Shown here piece after piece: positions 20,570 to 32,565 of a stretch of 39,839 nucleotides of DNA (the stretch's first letter is position 1; each line of letters starts with the position of its first letter). A program made the translations under genes and the position numbers. The stretch comes from Naegleria gruberi (Eukaryota). Location of the stretch: assembly GCA_000004985.1 (NCBI GenBank), contig GG738940.1, one strand, 5' to 3'. The notes beneath the pieces are model-generated. The model was not told the origin of the DNA. It saw nothing but the letters and a program-made list of their open reading frames with translations, and searched no databases.

Positions 20570-22855
20570 TCAAATGTCCACTTGCCCCTTTAAAACATCA
20601 GTAGATCGTTTCCACTGTCTATAAAAATCCGTAGTTTCCAATCTATTGGCAATGTCTCTAACATTTTTCATCACCTCAATCATCAACACATCCAAATCAC
20701 TAAATTTCACAACTTCACCATTTCTACACTTATCCAACAAGAATAGAAAATCCAATTTGACTTGATTTGAAATATTTAACTCATACATGGCATACGTTTG
20801 AATGAAAATATCATTTAGATAATTCAAATCCTTTTCTAAAATTGCTCTATTCTCCAAAGATAGCAAAAATTCAACACATAAAATATTCTCCAAATTATTT
20901 TCCTTTTCAGAATAAACATAAATCAAGTTAAAGTAACTTTCGTCTCTCATTTTCAATTCAATGCCATGACCTGTTGATTCCTCCTCCTTCCTGAAATAGT
21001 TTTTAATGATTGAAAACCATTCCATTGCAATGGCATTTCCACCCGATCCCAAAGTTATAATTAAAAAACCAAAGAATGATCCAACTCTGAAAGTAACTTT
21101 GGATTCGAATATGTAGGGAGCAATGGCAAACACCTGAAAGAGATGAGTAATAATATCCAATCTCATAAACACAGGATCATCAAAGAGTAGGTAATATTTC
21201 AGACCTTTCGTCCTCAGAGTTTTAAAATTTAGAATAAAGTCCAAAATGAATAGAAATCCAAATGCCAAAACTTCAATCATCCACCAAACCATATAGTAAT
21301 AATATGTAAAATCCACAAACTTGTCATCCATTAAATAATAATATCCAAGTGGAAGAACAGACATGGCTATGGACATACCAAATGGCCACAGCATGACAAT
21401 AATTAAATTTCCAATCCATTTTGAGAATAAAATCCTAAATGCAGTCATGTGTTCCTTCTTCACTCTGGCAATGATTTTGTAATAATATCTGGAAATAATT
21501 AGACGCAACGTCACAAAAATCAAACTCAATGAATAGGCATTTGTTAATCCAAATTGAATTGGAATTGTAATAGTTGTACAAGTGTTATCAAATCCAATAA
21601 TAATTGCATGAGAAACTATATAATAAAGTGGTGCTAAATATGGAGCTATTAACCTTCTTTTTATGGAAGGTTTCGAATAGATTGTCAATAATCCAATATA
21701 GTATATGACAAATAAAATAACCATCAATAAATATGGAATAAAGGTTTCGTCAAAAGGTGCAACTAGACAATTATTTATACCAACACCATCCACTGTATAG
21801 GCACTATAAAAATCATATCTATGTTTGGCACAATTAAAACATTCTGAAATGTAAAAATCAAATATTGACATATTTCCATTTTGGAATTTCCATTGAGATT
21901 CGGATATTTGTAAAGTTTCGTTTAAATTTAAATGAAATTTTGATGAGAATTTTGAGAAATCATTTGAAATTCCATTAAAAAATCCATTTTCATATCTATT
22001 AACTCTAAAATAGTAATAAAAATGCCATACATAGAAAACTTGGCTACACATTAAATTTTTTCCATTTACAAAAGTTAAATTTCCTTTTATAGCATTATTA
22101 AATGCCAAACCTTCCAAATAAATTGCATTTAAAATAACTTTAAAATCATTTTCAATTAATTTAATATTTTTCAAATCATCCAATTCAACATTTTCATCCA
22201 AACATAAAATTCCAATTTCCTTTAATGGAAATACATTCCATTCCTCCCATAAATATAAATCCGAATTTGGATACAAGGTAGAATTATGTGCATCCCATTT
22301 TGGAGAAAGTCCAGCAAATTGTGGACCCAACGAATAATCATCAACAATAATTAAATCAAATCTTTCTAACATACTTCCAGCAAAACAGTCAACTACGGCA
22401 CCATAGGCACTAGAATAGATTTTTGATGAGGGAAATTGTTGGGAAACGTAGTTGACTAGTGCAGGATCACAAATAATTTCCAAATCTTTACCTGAATTTT
22501 GGATTGACAAGGTTTCGTCTAGATTCGAATAACCTTTATATTTCAGTGAATAGGCATGTAGAGTGAGAAAGGAACCAACTTTTGTTTTGCAATTCTGTTC
22601 CGAAACTTGTTCAAAATATCTCGGTTTAATTATTGATAATGGCAATGATGCTTCCTGACCTTTCGAGTAATTGCAATAGGTCTGATGTGGAAATAGTCCA
22701 AAGTTTTCTCTTCCATTATTATTACAAATAGTGTCCACAAGAGTTGTATACGTTTCGTATGGTGTCATTTGATGAAATGTATTCTGTGTGATGTGTCCAC
22801 TGCTGCCAACTGTCAAGAAAAATAGGAAGAAGAAAATTGCGTAAGAATCTGTCAT
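20570..22855 (-). CDS. 7-TM receptor-like membrane protein with a large N-terminal ectodomain (class C / family 3 GPCR-like architecture)
   Basis: A signal-peptide-like N-terminus (IFFFLFFLTVGSS) is followed by a ~370-aa ectodomain. Seven hydrophobic helices follow (IPYLLMVILFVIYYIGLLTIY ... VGSFFGFLIITLGSGGNAIAMEWF), then a ~150-aa cytoplasmic tail. The family call is from topology only. Confidence 0.4.
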   Translation of the reverse strand: MTDSYAIFFFLFFLTVGSSGHITQNTFHQMTPYETYTTLVDTICNNNGRENFGLFPHQTYCNYSKGQEASLPLSIIKPRYFEQVSEQNCKTKVGSFLTLHAYSLKYKGYSNLDETLSIQNSGKDLEIICDPALVNYVSQQFPSSKIYSSAYGAVVDCFAGSMLERFDLIIVDDYSLGPQFAGLSPKWDAHNSTLYPNSDLYLWEEWNVFPLKEIGILCLDENVELDDLKNIKLIENDFKVILNAIYLEGLAFNNAIKGNLTFVNGKNLMCSQVFYVWHFYYYFRVNRYENGFFNGISNDFSKFSSKFHLNLNETLQISESQWKFQNGNMSIFDFYISECFNCAKHRYDFYSAYTVDGVGINNCLVAPFDETFIPYLLMVILFVIYYIGLLTIYSKPSIKRRLIAPYLAPLYYIVSHAIIIGFDNTCTTITIPIQFGLTNAYSLSLIFVTLRLIISRYYYKIIARVKKEHMTAFRILFSKWIGNLIIVMLWPFGMSIAMSVLPLGYYYLMDDKFVDFTYYYYMVWWMIEVLAFGFLFILDFILNFKTLRTKGLKYYLLFDDPVFMRLDIITHLFQVFAIAPYIFESKVTFRVGSFFGFLIITLGSGGNAIAMEWFSIIKNYFRKEEESTGHGIELKMRDESYFNLIYVYSEKENNLENILCVEFLLSLENRAILEKDLNYLNDIFIQTYAMYELNISNQVKLDFLFLLDKCRNGEVVKFSDLDVLMIEVMKNVRDIANRLETTDFYRQWKRSTDVLKGQVDI

Positions 22856-23319
22856 TGTTTTTTATATTGTTGTTGCTGTTGTTGTGGGATTGGACATCAT
22901 TCAAAGTTGTCAACATTCGTTTAGTTTCTTCCATTTTCGTTTATTGATCAAATTTCGTATTTAAAATTATTGGAAAGAACTATTAGGGAAAGTCTAGTCG
23001 ACATCTTACACGTTGGAATACTTTATTTTGCATTCAATTTCAAAAATATTAATATAGGTAGCAATTAAATTCAGTAATCAACCAAAAAAGGAAAAGTTAT
23101 CTTTCGAATTTAGAGAATGAACATAAATGCTGAGGAAAACATTGTTTTTAAGAAATTTCAAATCCATAAATCTTTTCAATACAATCCTGATATCTTCTTT
23201 CTATTTCTGGAAATTCACCAGAAATGGAGAATTTCTTGCTTTTACAAGCCAATTAATTGACAATAAATACTCACAACATGAGTTTAATTGTTACTACTAA
23301 AAAAATCAAAATCATCAAA

Positions 23320-23934
23320 ATGAAATTAATTCTTCTTGGTTTAGTTGTGCTCCTTTCGTCTGCTTTCTTTTTAACTTCAACGGTTAAGGCCATTGTCCAA
23401 TTTGGAAAATGTAACGATCAGATGCAATACAAACAAAATCTTCAAGTGAGTTCCCTTGTGGGTCTTTGGTATCAAGTTGCCACTTATAGAACTTTTTTGG
23501 AACGTGGAGTTTGTGCCTCCATTAATGTTACCTTAAGTAGTGATGGTTCTATGCTCAACATTGCTGAATCTCATTATAGAGGTGGTAGAAAGGACTATTT
23601 CAATTTAACTGCATCCCCAAATGCTACTACTCCTGCTAAAATGATAGTTTCCTATCAAGTACCACAAAGAAGAGACCAATTCGAAACTGTTCAATTTCCA
23701 ATACAAGTAGTCGATACTGACTATATCAGTTATTTACTCGTCTGGTCATGTGAGAATAGTAGAACTGCCTTGTATAGCAATGAAATGGCCTGGCTCTATG
23801 TAAGAACACTTGATGAAGCTTCCCATTACCAAATGAGAACTAAAGTTTGGGATCGATTGGAAGATTTTGGAATGAGAAGAACCTATTTCCAAGAAACTAG
23901 ACAAACAATGTGTGATTATAAGGAATTAGAATAG
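23320..23934 (+). CDS. secreted lipocalin (apolipoprotein D / Blc-like)
   Basis: The signal peptide is MKLILLGLVVLLSSAFFLTSTVKA. The lipocalin SCR1 motif is VGLWYQVATY (G-x-W-Y/F). An SCR2-like motif, TDYISYLLVWSCE, resembles TDYENYALVYSC of ApoD. The first ATG of the track ORF (23257) lies upstream of the signal peptide, so I place the start at 23320. Confidence 0.65.
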   Translation: MKLILLGLVVLLSSAFFLTSTVKAIVQFGKCNDQMQYKQNLQVSSLVGLWYQVATYRTFLERGVCASINVTLSSDGSMLNIAESHYRGGRKDYFNLTASPNATTPAKMIVSYQVPQRRDQFETVQFPIQVVDTDYISYLLVWSCENSRTALYSNEMAWLYVRTLDEASHYQMRTKVWDRLEDFGMRRTYFQETRQTMCDYKELE

Positions 23935-23990
23935 GTTTAATATATACAGACATGGTATTGAAAAATAAATGTGTGAATTTGAGTGTGAAA

Positions 23991-26900
23991 TTATTTTGTC
24001 TCGAGAATTGATTGTAACTTATTCAATTGTAAACTAATCTCTGTAAATGAAGGACGACTAGAAGGATCCTTATCCCAACAAACTTTTATCAGCTCTATAA
24101 ATTTCCTAGTAAATTCTGATAATTTTTCCAATGATAATTTCTTCTCTGTTGGTAAAATAAATTCACTCAACCAAACATTCATCTCCTCATTGGTAGAGAA
24201 GGGTATTTTAGGTCTTGATCCCTTTAACACATTCAATAGAACATTGTATTCATTCATACTATTTGATGAATCATTTGATCCAAATCTGTGAATTTTGTAA
24301 ACTCTAGAATTGTAATAACAGTGTTCTTCAAAGAAAACTTCCCACATGATAATGGAGAAACTGTACACATCGACCTTGGTGGTATAGGATCCACTTTCAA
24401 TCATTTCTGATGCTATATAGAAAATTGTGCCTATATTCTTAGTTGAGGCACTATCATTAGGTGTTGATAATCCAAAATCTGAAACCTTTCCAATAAAATC
24501 ATCAGTAATGAGAATATTTCCTGGTTTTAAATCTCTGAAGATGGAAATTAAAAATCAATCCAAATGATGAAACTTACCTGTGAATTATAGGAGGATTCAA
24601 TGTGTGAAGATATTTCATTCCGTTGGCAACTGAAATTAAAATATCAAGTTTTCTTTTCAAATTTAAAGTAGAAACTCCTATTCTTGAATTGTAAATCAAT
24701 CGATCCAAACTTCCATGATTAATATACTCCACAACCATATATCTGTGATTGGAGGTCATGGAAATTCCATAAAATTTGACAATATTTGGATGAGATAAAC
24801 TATTTAAAATTGCTGCTTCTCTTTCAAAATCACCTATTTCATCTCCAATTGTATCTGACTTGAGTGATTTGATAGCAACTTGTTTACCTTTCCATTTACC
24901 CAAATAAACAATCCCATTACTTCCCTCTCCTATTTTCTTTTCAATTGAAATTTCTTCAATTGGAATAATCAAAGATTGTGAAGAATTGGAATTATTTGAA
25001 TTGACCAAAAGTGGTTGACTTTCATAATAGAATGAATTTTCAATAATTTTGTCTTCCAAATTCTTTTCGGCAATTTCCTTTCTCTTGAGACGGTTTAGTT
25101 TCACATAAATATGTCTCACTCCTCTGAATGTAAGAATCAATAAAAGAATGATAACAATCATTAATAGAATTCCCAGAACCACACTTATTGGAATGATAAT
25201 TAGAGCAGAATTATCAACAATTGTATCATAACAAACGAAACCCGTAGAAAGTGGATTTTGAAGTTCTTTTCCCTTTGGACAATCTAAAATATTAATGGTG
25301 ATATTCTGAACAATATTTTGGATTGTAATATGTCCGTGTACTTGTTTCAGTTGTCTTTCTTCTATGGCAAGTGAATAGGTTACTGCATTCAGTTGATTTG
25401 GAATAAACTTTTTCGAATAAATCATACCATCTGATAAAGAAACAAAAACGTCCACTTGACTTTGTAACTTTTTGACTGGAACTCTTTCTCCATTATTGTA
25501 GGTCTGTAAATTTTCTATACTAATTGTCAGCTCTTGTCCTGGATATTGAGAGTAGATAATATCTTGATTTTCAATTACTTTTGTAACAACAGTATTATTA
25601 CCAGATATTACATCTACAGAAAGTGTGATATTGTTAAGCGGTTCTCCAATGAAATCTCCATACGATCCGGCTTCATTATGATCCTTCAAGAGAAAACTTG
25701 ATTCAATATATGGACCTGGCTCTGAAATATAAATGCAACCTCCAGAGAATAGCGCACGACTATATTTACACTCCAAATAATCCAAAATCACGAATGGTTT
25801 TGGATTTTCAACAAAAATAGCACCTCCAAGTTGGGCAGTATTATAGTCCATTGTAGCTCTCAATTCCAAAGGATCAGTACCCAATAATTTGGCATAGATA
25901 GCACCTCCCATTAGGGCACTATTGTTGTAAGCGAGTAGGTCTAATGCAATTGTCAGTCCTTCAATATAGACAGCACCTCCTTTCACTGCCTTGTTTCCGT
26001 TAAAATAGCCATCCTTAATTTGAATGGTATTTGCCTTAATATAAACTCCATTTGGTATTGTTAAATCTCCATTATTGTTAAAATCACAACTATCTAGTAG
26101 GAAAGATGACTGGACAACATCCATCAATGAATCAACACGTAGGGAAATACTAGTATTTCTAAAGTTAGTTTGAAAAAGTGAAATGTAATTGCTTTGAGAA
26201 ACGCTGATACCATTCTTAACATTATCAAAATTATTCACTTGGAACATTGTTTGTAAAGTGTTTGCAATTTGGAATACTGGATTGTTTGAAAGCAAATTAT
26301 TAAAATCATTCCATCCTATGTATAAAACATTTATGTAATAGGCAGAGAATTGAAAGTCCCCATTGCTCACCTTATTATTTTCAAATTTTGAAGACGTCAA
26401 AAAGCTCTGTCTAATAGTTACAGAGCCAGTGAAGGTATTGTGTGAAATATGAGAGGTGGATGTTCTATAAATCAAAAAATCTGAATCCTTCACTCTACTG
26501 TGAAATAAGGAAAATCCTTGTTCAACGGCAAACATGTCTTCTTGAGAAGAGGAAATAAATTGATACTTTTCAATGGTACAATTATTGAAAAATGTGCCAG
26601 GATCGAAAGATGGAATCTCTTGTACGTGTTTGATGTTTCTAAGTGTGGAATCTGTAAAATTTGCTGTAACAGTTGCATAAAATTCAACAAATTCCAATTG
26701 AGAATTTACAATGGATACAGAAATTGTTCCAAACTGACGACTTGATTCATAAATTAATGAATTATTCAGAATAGAATTCTCAATCTCTATCAATGGAACT
26801 GAAACCAAAGTATTGTCATCATTATTCATACTAAAATCATATAGTTCCAATCTCGACAACTTTAATCTATTCATGGCATTTAAATAAGTAAAGAGAGATC

Positions 26901-27375
26901 TTCCATTACATTTAAATTGAATCCTCTTGCTCTGATTAAATGGTTCCAAAATCAGACTCTGCAATGGTTGATAAGGTGCCATTCCACACTTATATTCTCC
27001 ATCCATCAAATAGACATGAACTCGAGTATTTCCAATAGAATTGGCATAGGAAATGGCATCTTCTACACTCTTGCAAGGATTATTCGGGGATGTACAATTG
27101 TGTTCCGTATTTAATGATGATGGCTGAACATAGACAATTGAATAATCATCAGATGATGAGAATGGCAACTGTTGATCTAATGATACTGATGACGGTGGTG
27201 ATGAATAATTAACTTTGTGTCCATATGGAGTGAATTCTCTTCTGGCCATACTAGTTCTCTGACCATAATGATCTCGCGGTTGTGTTGTTGTTTTTGTTGT
27301 TGTAGTCAGCACTGCTGGTAGTAGGTACCACATGAATAACAAAATGAAAATCGGGGAGATTTGGTGTCGCTTCAT
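23991..27375 (-). CDS. receptor-type TKL protein kinase with a signal peptide, a Pmp-repeat / parallel beta-helix ectodomain (GGA[IV][YF] repeats), one TM helix and a C-terminal kinase domain. Exon 1 is 27375..24578, the intron is 24577..24535 (43 nt, GT..AG), and exon 2 is 24534..23991.
   Basis: The signal peptide is MKRHQISPIFILLFMWYLLPAVL. Four F-x-x-N...GGA(V/I)(Y/F) units are present (KAVKGGAVYIEG, SALMGGAIYAKL, TAQLGGAIFVEN, ALFSGGCIYISE). The TM helix is IIIPISVVLGILLMIVIILLLILTF. The kinase domain reads IGEGSNGIVYLGKWKGKQVAIKSLK ... HTLNPPIIHR | DLKPGNILITDD...KVSDFGLS...VDVYSFSIIMWEV. The splice gives the HRDLKPGN catalytic loop, with the R codon spanning the junction. Confidence 0.75.
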
Positions 27376-27522
27376 TTTTTTCTTTGTGAGCTGGAAAATG
27401 CAAAAAGAGCTTCTACTTCAAACTTTTAATGAGGAACATTCTATTCACAAGATAACAAAAAACTGGAACACCCAAATCTGTATCTGGATAACCTCAATAC
27501 GTTTCGATATGATACTATTGCT

Positions 27523-29592
27523 TTACTGATCTAATAAAAATTCATCTAAGAATTCTTCTAATCTAGTGTGAAGGTCATTGTGAGGAGAGTCCAACATTGG
27601 TGGAGCTGAACTCACAAAGGATGTATCAATTTCATGAAGGAATTTCTCAAGTTCTAGACAAACTTCTGAAGGTTGAGCTGAAGCTGCCTTATATTTGCTT
27701 CGCATAACATTGAATGCTCTGAGATCTTTCCTCAGTAATGTAAGGTAATCAGTATTGTTATGTATCAGCGATCCAGTATGTCTGAGAGTTTTGGCTTTTT
27801 CTAAATGGACTTTTGCAGCTGCATTTAAAAAGGCGATAAGCTCCAAAGGAAAAACAGGGAACCATGGATTTTCAGTGAGTGCTGTAATTTGAATAGCACT
27901 TTGGTCTATCATTCCAGAAATTACAACAGAATCCCGTTGTGGTGATTTGGATAGAATTGAAATTCTAGCTCCATCTAGAATAAATTGATAAACTAGTTCT
28001 ATAATTTCCAAATAAAATTTGGAGCTTTCTGATGCAGAAATATTAGATCGTTCTATTGCCTTTGATTGATTGAGAATCATTTCTACCAAGCTCCAAATTT
28101 CAAAACAATTTTCAGCTGTAATTTCCGTATTGAGAATATTAATCCACTCAGCAGGGAATGGCTTTCTATGTAAAAATTCAAAAATGGCTGGCAGCCTCTT
28201 TAGAATATCTTCCACTGTAAGATCTTTCAGTTCCCTATTATCTATAAATATTATTCTGTCAAAATAAAATATCCAACCCTGTAAATTTTGTTGATATTCA
28301 GTCATAGAATCAATATCACAATCCTGTGGGAATAGTTTCTTCTCGAAAAAGGTCAAAATTTGCAAGTAGAATTTACAATTTTCAAATCTTCCTGACCAAA
28401 GTTCATATACAATAAGCTTACAATATGCCCCAGCAACCATAAAACTAGAAAAATTATCAAACACTCTAGACAGGCACTTTTTGGCCTTTTCAGCTGATTT
28501 TTCTGCTTGTTCATGAAGTCCGTATTGACATTCACAGAGTGCCTTGATAGAAAAATAGATTGAAGGCATTTCAAAATCGACTAGAGTATTGAGATCTTGA
28601 TTCTCATCAAATTTTCCAGCAAAATTTTCCAGCTCCTGCCTTGACAATAGTGGATAACCTCCAGCTACAACATCATAATAGAAATCAATCATGTTAGGTT
28701 TAGAAAGAGAAGATGTGAGAGCTGTTGATTCACTTGGTGAAGTTTTGTTAGTGGTAGTATTAGTCTTTGGTTTTGAATATGGTTCATATTGAGTTTCAGT
28801 TCTCTTCTTTTGTACAATTGATGGTGGTTGAATGTTTGGTTTCTTTTTCAAATTCCTCTTTGATTCTCTATAGTGACAATTAATTCCTCGTTGTTGGCAT
28901 GAATAACAAGATGGTTTTCTCTTATCACATTTTCTATTTGAATTATTAATTGAAAAAAGATTAGAAGAATACACGTACCTATGTTGTGATCTACAATGGT
29001 CGCATGCAATAGGAGAAAACTCTTCTGTTGACTGCTCCACAACTGTTGTACTATTAGATTTTGAATTATTACTACTATCACTACTATTTGGACTAGTATT
29101 AGAGAATATTATTGTTTCGGAATTTGTTTTTCCCAACAAAATATCACTATTTGAATCAACTATTGCCGTATTAGCTCCTCCTACTACTGTATGCATCAAA
29201 TTATTATTACTACTATTGTCAAGACTTGGATTAATTGCAGCAAAATTAAATAATTCTAAAAAGGTGCTTGGCATCATGCCTCCTCCTCCCTGCATCATCA
29301 TCATCATGTTATGTAATTGAATATCCATCTCTGAATTACTATTTTGTGTCGAAGACGAACCAACACCATGATTAAAGGCTATTGCTGGTCCCGATTCGGC
29401 TTGAAAATATGAAGAAGGAGCAGTTGAATTCATTGCCGAAGAAGAAGAAGACAGAGGCGAACCAAACGGAAACAATGAAAATCCATGTTGTTCTTGCTGT
29501 TGTTGTTGAGTATTCTGCTGCTGATACATGAAACTATTAAAATTATTATTAAAATTATTTGATGAATTCGGAGAGTTGAAATCTTGGTTCAT
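27523..29592 (-). CDS. Zn(2)-Cys(6) binuclear-cluster transcription factor, Q/N-rich; paralog of the 9590..11304 gene. It contains an in-frame 45-nt GT..AG intron at 28978..28934.
   Basis: The cluster reads ...IACDHCRSQHR[YVYSSNLFSINNSNR]KCDKRKPSCYSCQQRGINC. The bracketed 15 codons are gtacgtg...aatag. Removing them restores the C-x2-C-x6-C-x6-C-x2-C-x6-C spacing. Poly-Q and Asn-rich tracts flank the cluster. Confidence 0.65.
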   Translation of the reverse strand: MNQDFNSPNSSNNFNNNFNSFMYQQQNTQQQQQEQHGFSLFPFGSPLSSSSSAMNSTAPSSYFQAESGPAIAFNHGVGSSSTQNSNSEMDIQLHNMMMMMQGGGGMMPSTFLELFNFAAINPSLDNSSNNNLMHTVVGGANTAIVDSNSDILLGKTNSETIIFSNTSPNSSDSSNNSKSNSTTVVEQSTEEFSPIACDHCRSQHRYVYSSNLFSINNSNRKCDKRKPSCYSCQQRGINCHYRESKRNLKKKPNIQPPSIVQKKRTETQYEPYSKPKTNTTTNKTSPSESTALTSSLSKPNMIDFYYDVVAGGYPLLSRQELENFAGKFDENQDLNTLVDFEMPSIYFSIKALCECQYGLHEQAEKSAEKAKKCLSRVFDNFSSFMVAGAYCKLIVYELWSGRFENCKFYLQILTFFEKKLFPQDCDIDSMTEYQQNLQGWIFYFDRIIFIDNRELKDLTVEDILKRLPAIFEFLHRKPFPAEWINILNTEITAENCFEIWSLVEMILNQSKAIERSNISASESSKFYLEIIELVYQFILDGARISILSKSPQRDSVVISGMIDQSAIQITALTENPWFPVFPLELIAFLNAAAKVHLEKAKTLRHTGSLIHNNTDYLTLLRKDLRAFNVMRSKYKAASAQPSEVCLELEKFLHEIDTSFVSSAPPMLDSPHNDLHTRLEEFLDEFLLDQ

Positions 29593-29813
29593 TTTTTTAT
29601 TTTTGAATTTTGTTTCTATTTTGGCGGTAACCGAAACTTTTGATTCGAATTTGAGGATCTAGTTGGCTTTGGAGCTCCGTGTATGAGTTTCTTATTCTCA
29701 TGAGTTGAAATTAACAGAGTGGGTGGTGGATGGTATTTACAAGATTGGGCTGAGTTGCTATTGTTACAGGTAAAGTGCTCTTGTTGATTTTCATCAATTC
29801 CTTAGAGGGATTC

Positions 29814-31549
29814 TTAGACAACAACTTCGTGATGGTGATCGTCATCCATTGACGAAGATGCAGAACTAGTTCCATTCTGAGAAGGAGATAATTCTGATTC
29901 AATCTTTTCAGTTTGGTTGGTTGGCAATTGCAGTAAGAGCTTGTTGGATTCCATTGGACTAGTTTCAGTTGTTGGAGTGATGGTTGATGGAGATTCAATG
30001 TGAGAGCTGCCGGCAACGTGGAGCATCAGTTCCTTCTCAACCATAGAGACACCACCGGTATGACCTGTGGAACGTTGTGAAATAGAGCCATTATTGAAAC
30101 CGTGTGATTTTTGAGCATTTGTCTTGGAAATTTCAATTTCCTTAAAGGCAACTTCAGTGTTAACAAACATTGGATAAAAGAGAAAGAGAATAATGACAGC
30201 AAATATCAAAACTCCCAAACAATTGAAGAAATACCACAATGGCTATTCAATTTGTTAAATTCAAATGAGAAACCAAGTAACAACATACCTTAATGATATC
30301 AATTTCAGTAGCACCACTAGCAATACCAGCAGCAACCAATTGGAAGAGAATGCAGGCAACCAAGGCCATCAATAAACCAAAAGTAACCTTGAATGGTGAT
30401 TGAATACGTTGTTCAATCTTTCTATCAATGGATGTTCTTTCAACAGGTGCATGTGCTGATGGTAAATTAGTGGACTTTTCACTTTCAATACTTCCACGAG
30501 GAGTCATATGTCCTGTTGAGAGAGTATTTGTGGTGGTCTTGTGATATTTCTGTGAAGTTGCCATCACTGCACGTGTTGTCTTCTTGATGGTTGTAATAAC
30601 TAAAACACCTGAAATGACTGTTACAATGCCATCAAAAAGTAACATGACCAAAATGACTAAGAAACAACCAATGTAAACACCCATAGTTGGTGTTTTACCA
30701 ACCATGTCTGATTTTTGAAGGAAGAAGAAGGCAGAAACTAGACAAATCATCAATTCACACAAAATTGTAAAGACAAGTGTTGAAATATTGAGTGTCCATT
30801 GAATGATGAATAATGTTTTCTTTGAAATGGCACCCATCAATTGTGCAGTTGTCCAACTGTTTAATCATTATATTCCAATAGTTCATCATAATCATATTTA
30901 ATACACAATCAATATATTTACACACAAAAATGTAAAAAATTCACAAACTTTCAATTAAAACTTACAAAATCTTTTGGAAAAAGAACAAGACAACAAATAA
31001 AAAGGCAAAATCAGAAAACATGAAAAAGATTGTCAGTGCACCCATTAAATTCAATGCAATAAAGAAGGAACTTGACATTTGCTGACCAGTTTCACTCACA
31101 ACTTTTGCATAAATATGCATAGCATCATAAACTATACGAATCACCAAATTTGTAGATTGAATGGCAACGAAAGTAATTGCCAAGATGAACATAATCTTTG
31201 GATTTCTCTTGATGTGAATGTTTCGTATTTTGTATAAAAAGATACCCAATGCTACATAATAAATAGCAAAACATATTAAATAGAAAACAGAATTTGCCAT
31301 TGACAGTGAATTTACCCAAACAGGTAGATAATGTGAAGAAGTAACATTGGCGTATCCATCAACAAATGGTGGATTGACAATTTGAAACGGTGTTACAGTA
31401 TTCGAATCATCAATACTATTCGAATCTTGAAAATCAGCAAACATTGCATTAGTGATGAAGGCTGAAGATTGAGCGAATTTACTTTGAGTGAGTGGTATGA
31501 AGATCTTGTCCATTACCCACGGCAACATTGTCAGAAGTGCAGAAGACAT
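29814..31549 (-). CDS. 7-TM receptor-like membrane protein in three exons: 31549..30965, 30856..30289 and 30242..29814. The introns are 30964..30857 (108 nt) and 30288..30243 (46 nt).
   Basis: The three track ORFs (30962..31549, 30247..30840, 29814..30239) join through GTAAGT..AG and GTATG..AG introns, giving ...FFFQKIF|WTTAQLMGAISKK... and ...ATEIDIIK|PLWYFFNC.... In total there are seven hydrophobic helices, a long Thr-rich third intracellular loop and an S/T-rich acidic C-terminus. There is no cleavable signal peptide. The family is unassigned. Confidence 0.5.
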
Positions 31550-32565
31550 TCTTTTGTTTTTTTTTTAAAAAGTTTCATCATGACCAGTTTCGTCTATGAA
31601 AAAACAGTTTAGGATGAAAATGGCGATAATTTTCAGCAGTTTGAAGAGGTTAATGTTTTTCATGCAACTAGATGCGAATTGAGGGTATGATGATAGGGAA
31701 AGGGTTTCCAATAAAATCCTTTTTCGCATTGACTGTTTCTTTTCATGCTATCCTAAACCGGACGAATTAAATCTATGGCAACTTTGAAAAAAGCCGAGTT
31801 TATTGAAATGGCAAAAATTTCAACAACACCTTTTTGATGGCATCCAATATAGCATGTTTTACAGTTCGTTGTGAATAACATGGATGCATTTCGAATAGTT
31901 TTGAATGCATTCTTTTTTCATTGTAAAATGCATTCGAAACTGGGTGGTTGTATAAAAACATTCTACTGGCGGGAATATCGTTTAGCCTTCCGCTTGCAAC
32001 TATTTGGAAGAAACTTTTAAAAATTATTTTACAAAATCCTTCCATATTAGGAAATGCCTCAACATGTAATTTCAATAAAGAATCCCAATAACAAATCAAC
32101 AATTGCACAAGTTCATCATATATTGGACTTGATCAGCTTTATTGAAATGTTAAGGTTCTCAATAGAAGCTTAATATGAATGGTCAACTCTCAATTTGGTA
32201 AATTTGTGAGATGAATTTTTGTATTAAAATGGAAATTTTTCTTGGTTGTGTTGGTTATTATTGATTGAAACAGTCTGGTGATGTCCAAAGAAGTTTTGCT
32301 CTTCTCCTTTTTACTGTTAAATACTTTTTTGTAGTTTGTGTGAAAACACTTTACAACACAATATCCAAAAACACAACTTTCTTTCATTTACATTGTTTGT
32401 TTTAAATTCGACTCCATTTCCCACCACTGTTTACAGCAACTATTCGAATTTCTTTCTTACAAGAAAACAATAATTTGTGTTAGAGCATGTTCAAAGGAGA
32501 TGAATCTTTAAAACAAAATTTCAAGAACACAAGAATTTAAAGATATTCTTGCATGTTTAATTGCC

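Noticed and set aside
21000-22800. Recurrent gtttcg / tttcgt hexamers inside the 7TM receptor CDS and its upstream region
   Set aside because: They are short and frequent enough to arise by chance in AT-rich sequence. They are unlike the 12-mer AATCACGTTTCG, which recurs exactly at promoter positions.
31800-32387. Minus-strand ORFs 31800..32108 and 32190..32387
   Set aside because: They have no recognisable motifs and a composition typical of AT-rich non-coding sequence. They lie in a region that is otherwise a ~1-kb intergenic/promoter stretch, and I cannot support them as genes.
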